A stretch of 64,000 nt of DNA. It comes from Octopus vulgaris. Its lineage: Eukaryota. Made by a program: the position numbers and the translations under genes. The stretch spans positions 171,678,001 through 171,742,000 of the forward strand of contig OX597816.1 in assembly GCA_951406725.2 (NCBI GenBank), read 5' to 3'. The notes under the pieces were generated by a model. It had not been told where the DNA came from. It worked only from the letters and a program-made list of their open reading frames with translations, and ran no database searches. Shown here piece by piece: positions 54,256 through 64,000 of this stretch; position 1 is the first letter of the stretch, and each line of letters opens with the position of its first letter.

Positions 54256-54675
54256 GGATCTTTTCGGTTTGAACGGCAGTTTTTTCTAGCGGTGCCATAT
54301 GAAATTGTCACCCATAATTATGACCCTAGTATCGATCTATTGCGTTTCAATCTATTTTAGGGTTAGAGTTAGTTAGGGGTGGGGGGAAGGTATCTTTTTT
54401 TCTTCACAAATGTAAATAAATCCAATCTGTTTCTTAAACAGGGGACATATTCATACGGCACAGAATACTTTTTACCTCAATAGACGTCAGTGATTGGTTG
54501 AACTTGCAGAAATTGAAGAAAAAGAGTAACAAATATCTTACAAACTATAGAATTTTCTAATTAACGTCAAAAGAAAAAGATGTTTTATAAACACATTCTA
54601 CCAGTATACGAAGTTTAAAATTTTTTAGTTAGCTAGAAATTATGTTAAAAACTGCCGTTCAAACCGAAAAGATCC
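54256..54675 (+). mobile_element. GGATC-TIR MITE
   Basis: Perfect TSD TAACCTTG. Confidence 0.92.
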
Positions 54676-55882
54676 TAACCTTGTACTTTTGTTAGTTCTT
54701 ATTGTTCCTAAAATCTTTTTCGATTTTTATTAAACTGACGGAGATCCCACTTCCAAATTACTATTGCTCCATCAGAGTTAACTTTTCAGTTAAACACCGA
54801 TAACAATTGCAACAATTTTTTTTTACAATAATAAGCATTTTTTCCATGAACACATACATGTTTTTTTAAAACGTTGTGATGACTTTTTATCAATCTTATT
54901 ATTTTTAAATAACAATGTTTCAAATATTCTATGAAATGTTCTTTGAATACTTGTAGTTATAACTCTGGATGTAAGGCAAGGTCTATTCCGATGTAATTTC
55001 AATCCGGGAGCAGCTCAGTAAAATGACAAAAGTTTATTCTAGTATCTGCCAAGAACCAAGGAGGAGGAGATGTCTTCGTGATCACACGACGTGATAAAAT
55101 CAGGCCCTACCGCTCGTCTTAAATGTCAAAAGAATACGTTATGTAATGTAGTCTTCGGTATTCCTAAAACGATAAGAGGGTCACAACTGGATTGACTTTG
55201 AAAAGAGCTAACATGAGGCTAAACAACAACCAATTCTACCGGAATCTAACAACCAAATGTTGCTTCTTATTTTATCAGTGAAAACCTCCGTGTCATTAAG
55301 GAAAGAATCTGAGTTTTAGGCGACGTACAAACACGAATGTTATACAACTTGCATAACTGAAGTGAATCCACTTCAGCGAAAAATCGAAACCGCGTCACAA
55401 AATTAAAGACATTTCAAGCTATCGCCAGAAGCAACGGGTACCAACTTACTATTTATTGATATTCAGTTCTGTCTTGTAAGGTTCAGAGTTCAAATCTCGC
55501 AGCTGTCGACTTTATCTTTTATCTCTCTAGAGTCGATAATCATATCTATTGTTTTTTGGTACTCCATACAAAATGAAATTAAATGAAGAATATTATAATG
55601 ATACTTTATAAGCTTCACAGAGCAAAGTATAAGTTTCTGGCAAATTGAGACTGTGATACGGTTTCGTTCCTCGATAGAAACTATTTCACTTAACTTACGC
55701 CACAATTTCTGTTTAGTTTCGTCTTTTATACAGGGTTATTGGGATTAGTTTAAAGAAAGTAATATTGCATTAGACATCGAACGGCGAGTTGTCAGAAACA
55801 GTTAGAAGTAACATAGTGTTCCAGTTTCCGTTTCGTCCATGCTATTTCCATTCATTTTAGAAGAAAACATTTTCTCCTTATT

Positions 55883-56266
55883 GGAAGCACTCCGTCGGTT
55901 ACGACGACGAGGGTTCCGGTTGATCCGAATCAACGGAACAGCCTGCTCGTGAAATTAACGTGTAAGTGGCTGAGCACTCCACAGACACGTGTACCCTTAA
56001 CGTAGTTCTCGGGGATATTCAGCGTGACACAGAGAGTGACAAGGCCGGCCCTTTGAAATACAGGTACAACAGAAACAGGAAGTAAGAGTGAGAGAAAGTT
56101 GTGGTGAAAGAGTACAGCAGGGATCACCACCATCCCCTGCCGGAGCCTCGTGGAGCTTTAGGTGTTTTCGCTCAATAAACACTCACAACGCCCGGTCTGG
56201 GAATCGAAACCGCGATCCTATGACCGCGAGTCCGCTGCCCTAACCACTGGGCCATTGCGCCTCCAC
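55883..56266 (-). mobile_element. SINE family D
   Basis: Full copy; TSD TTTCTCCTTAT. Confidence 0.92.
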
Positions 56267-56715
56267 GTTTCTCCTTATACGTTTATGATGCTGTTGGTTT
56301 GTAATACATACGATGGCTTCATCCAATTTTATCACATTGATGTTATATGTCGAACTTGTGCCTCAAATCTGGTGTGCTGAGAGTTTATTTCAAGTGTGCG
56401 GGACTTGCACTGCAGGTAGTATATTACTGGTATTTGTTCTTGAAAATGTTTCACTACCCACAGATAGTTCGTGAATTCAATACAGACGTATCGTTGTGTC
56501 TGGGCAAATTAATAGGATTGTCTTGCCTAAACAATACTAAACAGCATATGACAATAATTTGAATTATATTTTTCTTGACACGCAAGTCGATGAAAGGTTA
56601 AATTTACATCAAACGAGACAGGAAACCTCCTAAGTTCAATATAATCTAGAATCACATAATTAAATAAATTCCTGTCAGGGCCTTTCTTTGTTGATGCAAA
56701 CCATATCTAGTCAGT

Positions 56716-57099
56716 GTGGAGGCGCAATGGCCCAGTGGTTAGGGCAGCGGACTCGCGGTCGTAGTTCCGCGGTTTCGATTCCCAGAACGGGCGTTGTGAG
56801 TGTTTATTAAGCGAAAACACCTAAAGCTCCACGAGGCTCCGGCAGGGGATGGTGGTGATCCCTGCTGTACTCTTTCACCACAACTTTCTCTCACTCTTAC
56901 TTCCTGTTTCTGTTGTACCTGTATTTCAAAGGGCCGGCCTTGTCACTCTCTGTGTCACGCTGAATATCCCCGAGAACTACGTTAAGGGTGCATGTGTCTG
57001 TGGAGTGCTCAGCCACTTACACGTTAATTTCACGAGCAGGCTGTTCCGTTGATTCGGATCAACCGGAACCCTCGTCGTCGTAACCGACGGAGTGCTTCC
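56716..57099 (+). mobile_element. SINE family D
   Basis: Full copy; TSD TATCTAGTCAGT. Confidence 0.92.
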
Positions 57100-57289
57100 T
57101 GTATCTAGTCAGTTCGTAATGATTGGTTTTTTTCCCCTAACTCTCGTATGCAAAACCGATTGGTAAAATCAGCTGAATTGGATAAAAAAAAAAAAACCGT
57201 ATTTCATACATGTATACAGCCACTCCAACAACGCCTCTCCAACCACAGATCCTCTTTCAGGATACCGGAAAGGAGATTCATCACATCAT

Positions 57290-57542
57290 TAGCCTGCTGA
57301 TAGACGATGGTATTCCATACACAATATCATGGAGAATCCTAGAAAATCCAGGCCCCTACATAAACGGGACCAAGTGCTGTAAATTATGCATAGCGGAACG
57401 GGCAGAGATCTTAAAGGACTCTCTCGACTCAAGGAACATCCTAAACTCCAGAACGGAGGTCTTTGGACCGTGCTTACATTTCAGAAAATTCCTGCCAGCA
57501 TATTTGAACCCACAGGATAACAGGGTCACCGGCGTTCGATAG
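57290..57542 (+). pseudogene. C-terminal endonuclease fragment of a Penelope-like element
   Basis: YTISWRILENPGPYINGTKCCKLCIAERAEIL...LNSRTEVFGPCLHFRKFL fits the W.IL...Y....K.C.LC..E...I...LN.R.E....C.H pattern. Confidence 0.7.
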
Positions 57543-57832
57543 CCAAAAGGATACAATCCTCTTTGTTGACATTGGTGATCGATAACCCAGAGGAAACAAT
57601 CTCCTATGTTGACATTGAGTAATAGGGTCCTTTCCTCCTCCATATTCTCGAGAGGCCACTCGCCAGAGAAGCGTTTAGCCAACAGGTTTTGGGGTATGAT
57701 GATACGCCATAAAGCTAAGCCCTTTATGGACGTGAAACTTAAAGAAATCCCATAAACCAGCCTTATCTAACTTTAATAGATACTGTTCTATAATTTAGAG
57801 TGTGCTTCTATTTTCGGATTTATGTTTATGGA

Positions 57833-57893
<61 letters not shown>

Positions 57894-57897
<4 letters not shown>

Positions 57898-58279
57898 AAA
57901 TTAGAGAATGGAGAAACATACTTAAATCAATAAAACATCAACTATCCGATGATACTCAATCCATACTTTAATACACCATTACATAGGAGTAAAGGCAATA
58001 TATAAAATGAAATGAGATATACAGTAATAGTAAAAGTAAAAAGATAAAGAGATATAAGTAAAAAATTACAAATACAATATGCAAATAAATCAAAACTGAC
58101 AGCTGTTTCGGCAGTGAGGACAGTCATACCTTTTTACTTTTACTATTACTGTATATCTCATTTCATTTTATATATTGCCTTTACTCCTATGTAATGGTGT
58201 ATTAAAGTATGGATTGAGTATCATCGGATAGTTGATGTTTTATTGATTTAAGTATGTTTCTCCATTCTCTAATTTTGTA
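57894..58279. repeat. Long inverted repeat (150-bp arms) in (TA)n with a half hammerhead in the spacer
   Basis: 57894-58043 is the reverse complement of 58130-58279; minus-strand GAAACAGCTGTC at ~58098-58109. Confidence 0.9.
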
Positions 58280-58454
58280 GTATTAATTTACGGTAATATT
58301 ATTACCCTTACCCATTTAATACAATAGATGAACTGATTGCTTGACAATTTCTAACATCTATGTATTAATTTTTGTTGGGTACCTATCTAGCAGTATATTG
58401 GATATATATTATCCCATGGTGGGTTGAATTTTCAACCCCTATCTCATTTTATAA

Positions 58455-58549
<95 letters not shown>

Positions 58550-58562
58550 ATATATATATATA

Positions 58563-58900
58563 TGGCTCAGTAGTTAGAGCATCGAGCTTACGATCGTGAG
58601 GTTGTGAGCTCAAATCCCGGACCGGGCTGCATGTTGTGTTCTTGAGCAAGACACTTTATTTCACGTTGCTCCAGTTCACTCAGCTGTAGAAATGAGTTGC
58701 GACGTCACTGGTGCCAAGCTGTATCGACCTTTGTCTTTCCCTTGGATAACACTGGTGGCGTGGCGAGGGGAGGCTGGTATGCATGGGCGACTGCTGGTCT
58801 TCCATAAAGAACAACCTTGCCCGGACTTGTGTCTAGGAGGGTAACTTTCTAGGTGCAATCCCATGGTCATTCATGACCGAAGGGGGTCTTTACCCTTTTA
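58563..58900 (+). mobile_element. SINE family E (tRNA-derived, CORE-like segment)
   Basis: TGGCTCAGTAGTTAGAGC A-box, GAGCTCAAATCCC B-box-like motif, CTTGAGCAAGACACTT segment. Confidence 0.7.
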
Positions 58901-58904
58901 CAGG

Positions 58905-59302
<398 letters not shown>

Positions 59303-59319
59303 CATAAATACAGATATAT

Positions 59320-59410
59320 AAAGACATTTTCACTTCCCGAACGTTAAACTAATACATCTGTTTGTTGTCTACACCATCTGTCTTCGTCTTTTATTTTTTT
59401 TGTGAATTCT

Positions 59411-59413
<3 letters not shown>
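59320..59413 (+). mobile_element. Solo fragment of the PLE terminal repeat
   Basis: Near-identical to 51828-51921; flanked by (TA)n. Confidence 0.85.
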
Positions 59414-59469
<56 letters not shown>

Positions 59470-59486
59470 AAGTTATGTCCGATCAT

Positions 59487-59553
59487 ACAGTCACCAGTGG
59501 TTTCGCATCCATAAACGGCTTAGCCCCATCCCATGGACGACTCGTCAGACTCT
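59487..59553 (-). ncRNA. Type I hammerhead motif, long helix II, GUG at the cleavage site
   Basis: AGAGT-CTGACGA-GTCGTCCATGGGATGG[GGCTAAG]CCGTTTATGGATGC-GAAA-CCACTGG-TG-ACTGT. Confidence 0.7.
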
Positions 59554-59843
59554 AAAGCTGAAGGTCATATAATTCTTCAAACCTCGGACTTTCCGTCGGA
59601 GACTTCGTGGCAATCGTGAATGTGCAGAAGCGTGAATGCGTCGGTGCAGCTATCGAACGTAAACCACGTGACGGCTTTCGTAAGACACTCTGTGTCGGGG
59701 TCGCGGATGGATCGTCAGTGTATCATATATCTGAAAAAGAAGCACACACTAAAGCATAGAGCAGTAATGTATATCTATGCAGTTAAGTATATGTCCGGTC
59801 AAAGAGTGACCAATGGTTTCAAAGCCATAAAAGGCCTTAGCTC

Positions 59844-60257
59844 GGATATTTTCGGTTTGAACGACAGTTTTTTCTAGCGGTGTCATATGAAATTGCCACC
59901 CATAATTATGACCCTAGTATCGATCTATTGCATTTCAATCTGTTTTAGGATTAGGGTTAGGGGTGGGGGGAAGGGTATCTTTTTTCTTCACAAATGTAAA
60001 TAAACCCAATCTGTTTCTTAAACGAGGGACATATTCATACGGCACAGAATGTTTTCACCTCCAATAGACGTCATTGATTGGTTGAAATTGCAGAAATTGA
60101 AGAAAAAACAACAAATATCTTACAAACTATAGAATTTTTTCAATATAGCCAAGAGAAAAATATGTTTTCTAAACACATTCTACCAGTATACGAAGTTTAA
60201 AATTTTTTAGTTACCTAGAAATTATGTTAAAAACTGCCGTTCAAACCGAAAAGATCC
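59844..60257 (+). mobile_element. GGATC-TIR MITE inserted into a hammerhead helix II loop
   Basis: Perfect TSD CTTAGCTC. Confidence 0.9.
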
Positions 60258-60277
60258 CTTAGCTCCTATAGATATAG

Positions 60278-60353
<76 letters not shown>

Positions 60354-60747
60354 CAGATTGAGAGAGAGAGAGACTTGGTGAAATAGATATGCCTAGTGAA
60401 ATCCATGTGTATCGAGTTGCCACATATATTCTTTTATTTGTGTGTATGTATGTTCACACACACACGAAACACACGCACTAAAATACCTTATAGGATAGGG
60501 GAAAGGAATAAGGCATTTTAATGCCTTTCCACAAGTGCATCAACAACATAAATGCATTGAAAAATTTTCGACCAAGGTCTGAAACTTCATCCCTAATGCT
60601 GTTTGCTAAGAGCCAGCAGGAGTTTTGGTGCCATTTTAGCGTGCGGCCAATCTGGCCATTTTGTATTTCAGCGTGCAGGGAAATCATAAACTCTGACCCT
60701 GAACCCTAAACTTAACCCAGAGCAGGTCTTTTTACAGTGTAGACTAC

Positions 60748-61150
60748 GGAGTGGCTGTGTGGTAAGTAGCTTGTCTACCAACCACATGGTTGCGGGTTCA
60801 GTCCCACTGCGTGGCACCTTGGGCAAGTGTATTTTACTATAGCCTCGGGCCGACCAAAGCCTTGTGAGTGGATTTGGTAGACGGAAACTGAAAGAAGCCC
60901 GTCGTATATATGTATATATGTATATATATATGCGTGTTTGTGTGTCTGTGTTTGTCCCCCCTAGCATCGCTTGACAACCGATGCTGGTGTGCTTATGTCC
61001 CCGTTACATTAGCGGTTCGGCAAAAGAGACCGATAGAATAAGTACTGGGCTTACAAAAGAATAAGTCCCAGGGTCGAGTTGCTCGATTAAAGGCGGTGCT
61101 CCAGCATGGCCGCAGTCAAATGACTGAAACAAGTAAAAGAATAAAAGAAT
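60748..61150 (+). mobile_element. SINE family A
   Basis: Near-identical to 38711-39118. Confidence 0.88.
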
Positions 61151-61651
61151 ATTGTTATAGACTGTACGCTAAGTAGTACTGAATTTTCTTTCTAGTGTTG
61201 TTTAGTTCTCAGCAGGTCTGGTTGCATCTGTTTCATTTTACTTGTTCAGAATGGGAAAAGCATCAGCGACACACTAGCTGGCATTCTCTTACAAACCAAT
61301 GTCACCGCTTCTTTGCACTGATACTAATTTAGATATTTCTGTAAGTTGTTGCTTAGCCTAATAGCAGGCCTGATACAGCAAACCTATATTCAAAAGGGTT
61401 AGACCTGTGTCTCTCACCCCTTTTTCTTAAATAGGTCCAGCACTGTCCTGTTTAGCTTTCTGTATTAGTAGTAATGTAGTAATAATACATTAACTTTTAA
61501 TAAGGCACAAGACCACAAATCTTTCATTAGAAAGCGTAAAGAAGATTAATCCTAAGTAAAAATAACAACAGCGCAATTTGAACTCGGTATATAAAGGGAG
61601 ATAACTATATATCGCGAATGCCTTCTAGTTGTATATATACTTTTCTACTCT

Positions 61652-61853
61652 AGGCACAAGGCCCGAAATTTTGGGGGGAGGGGGCCAGTCAATTAGATCG
61701 AGTTCAGTACTCAACTGGTACTTGATTTACCGACCCCGAAAGGATGAAAGGCAAAGTCGACCTCGGCGGAATTTGAACTCAGAACGTAAAGACAGACGAA
61801 ATACTGCGAAGCATTTCGCCCGGTGTGCTAACGTTTCAGCCACCTCGACGCCT
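61652..61853 (-). mobile_element. SINE family B (tail 2)
   Basis: Family homology. Confidence 0.8.
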
Positions 61854-62210
61854 TTTCTAGGCTGTATATATTGTATACGATCTCTAAACATTTTCTATTC
61901 TCTATATTTTCTTTTCTTTTTCTTTGGATAGGAGAGCGGATAAAGAAAGAGAGAGGACTTTTTTAAACTCAGAACACTGAGGTTCGAACTCTAACGACGT
62001 CGATCTTATTATATTCAAACTATTTTCGTTTTTGCTTCGTTATTATTATTATTATTTTTTATTAAATGTGTATAAGAAACGATGTAAATGGTCTATTCTG
62101 ATTTATAAAGGAAGAGGTAGTGGGTGCATTTCTTTTACAAATATGATGTAGATCTCCACTCAGCGTATTCTTCGGTTGTGCTATTCCATATTTATGAATA
62201 TATTAATATA

Positions 62211-62421
62211 TATTTCTTTACTGCCCACAAGGGGCTAAACACAGAGAGGACAAACAAGGACAGACAAAGGGATTAAGTCGATTACATCGCCCCCAGTGCG
62301 TAACTGGTACTTATTTAATCGACCCCGAAAGGATGAAAGGCAAAGTCGACCTCGGCGGAATTTGAACTCAGAACATAACGGCAGACGAAATACGGCAACG
62401 CATTTCGCCCGGCGTGCTAAC
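62211..62421 (-). mobile_element. 5'-truncated SINE family B
   Basis: TSD TGAATATATTAATATA. Confidence 0.88.
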
Positions 62422-62559
62422 TGAATATATTAATATAATTTGTGATGCATGTTGTTTAGCATGAGTGTGTATATGTGTGAGTGTTTATAGAGACTCTTCG
62501 TTTCGTTTTCTATTTTAATGTACATTGGAAATGGCCAGCTTCTTAAAACTATTTAAAAC

Positions 62560-63000
62560 CTTTAGCTTGACTTTCTATTTCGGCGCTGCATTCTTTCTTC
62601 CTAGCTGCAAGTTCAAAGGTTGACTCTCGGCAATCACATTGCGGTTCATCCTGGCCGCGGCTGTCACATGTCTTGTCTCTCTACGTGCCACTACCCAATC
62701 AGCGATCCTGCTGAGGCACTTAACTTATCGTCTTGAATAAATACCCCCAGCTTTCCGGCCGTCAACATACTCACGTGAAAGTTTCCCCACCACGACCACC
62801 ACCACCACTCAATACACCCCCTCCCCTCTACTCACTTGACACCATGCGCTGACGCTGGGGGACCAACAATAAGCAAGTCAGCCACTAGTTGCGCGACACA
62901 CATACACACACACACACTGACTTGACTTACTCCTCTAGCAAAACAAAAATATTGCAGTCAGTGAAAGTTTGTGAGAGACAGACTCGTTGACATAAGAAAA
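62560..63000 (+). promoter_or_regulatory. Candidate promoter / transcription start region
   Basis: Transposon-free, relatively GC/CpG-rich island with CACGTG, TGACGC and an Inr-like GTCAGT, followed by UTR-like sequence. Confidence 0.25.
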
Positions 63001-64000
63001 AAACTAAGTCTTTCACTCTAACGGGGGAACAAGAATAAAAGCGTCAACAACAACAACACACACACTAAAAAAAAAAAAAAAAGAAAAAAAAAAGCCGAAC
63101 ACACGATTTATATATGTGTGTATATATATATATATGTATATATTTACATCCGTGACTATTTCGAAAACCAGTGACTTTAAGTAATATACACAGATACCAG
63201 TGGCGTTAAGTGACTTTAAAACCTTCTGCAATATATATACTGAATGGAAACAAAAGTGTGGAAGAAATAACTCTGTGGGGGAGGGAAAAAAAATCAAATC
63301 AGTGTCTTTTTTTTTTCTATTTATTTGTTACAACAATTGAAGTAAGCCGACTCGTTTCTGTTGTGTTACTACGAAATATGTTTATTACTGTTACGTTGGA
63401 ATATTATTATACACAGCCTTTTCTGGAGTATCATCAACCTGACTAAGTCTTTCCGTGAACTTCTTCCAAACAAGGAATTACTATTTCCAAAACTTTAAAC
63501 AAGCACTTATTTACCATTTAATTTTTTATATATATATATATATATATCTTTACGTTTTTAAAACACAACACAATAATCCCTTATTTTTCTGTCACTCTAT
63601 ATTCACTTTCTTTCGCTTACACACACGCAAACTAACTTTGACAACTTATTTCTTCGTTTGCATGCATCTATCTTTTCCACTCTCTTGTGCATGTGACATA
63701 CACGGCTTCTCTCTCTCTCTCCCTTTCAAATTTTTGTCAACTAAAAACGAAAATAACATCCGTCCTGCTGGTACTAGTAGTAATTGTGACGACAGTTCCT
63801 GTAACATCAGCTGTGCGGCGAACACCGCTGCCGTTTGGTAGTTGGAAAGTATTTAATTCCATTTTCTCTTATTATTGAAAGAAAAAAAAAAAAACACAAA
63901 ACAAACCACCTGTTAAAGACAAGGATGAAGATTATTATCTCAATGTTGTTTTATCAGCTTTGTTGAAAACAAAACCAATTTCGAGCAGATGTTATTCAAC

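Noticed and set aside
57696-57736. SECIS-like AUGA...AA...GA hairpin
   Set aside because: Spacing is non-canonical, there is no in-frame UGA in the upstream fragment, and a degenerate hammerhead explains it better.

Overview
Eukaryotic, AT-rich, microsatellite-dense non-coding DNA. The repeat families look like those of an Octopus-type cephalopod; this is inferred from pattern recognition, not from a search. I found no host protein-coding exon, and most ORFs in the track are microsatellite translations. The window is a mosaic of mobile DNA: about 12 copies of a ~400-430 bp MITE (GGATCTTTTCGGTTTGAACGGCAGTTTT TIRs, 8-bp TSDs, internal TTAGGG repeats), at least four tRNA-derived SINE families, three Penelope-like element (PLE) remnants, RTE and CR1/Jockey-type LINE fragments, three Tx1/L1-type ORF1 remnants, a decayed Tc1 transposon, two non-autonomous Helitrons and a possible solo LTR. 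The most striking hidden layer is RNA-structural. About 12 type I hammerhead ribozyme (HHR) motifs (six with an intact core, the rest variant or half) from several unrelated small repeat families occur, mostly in fold-back insertions within (TA)n/(ATT)n tracts. Highlights: (i) a tRNA-headed, hammerhead-tailed non-autonomous element inserted as head-to-head pairs; (ii) a 316-nt cleavage-site-to-cleavage-site retrozyme-like monomer; (iii) a PLE terminal-repeat fragment starting at the predicted self-cleavage site; (iv) Tx1-like ORF1 elements whose 5' ends join a SINE head at the same position. All structures were assigned by eye and need covariance-model and biochemical confirmation.
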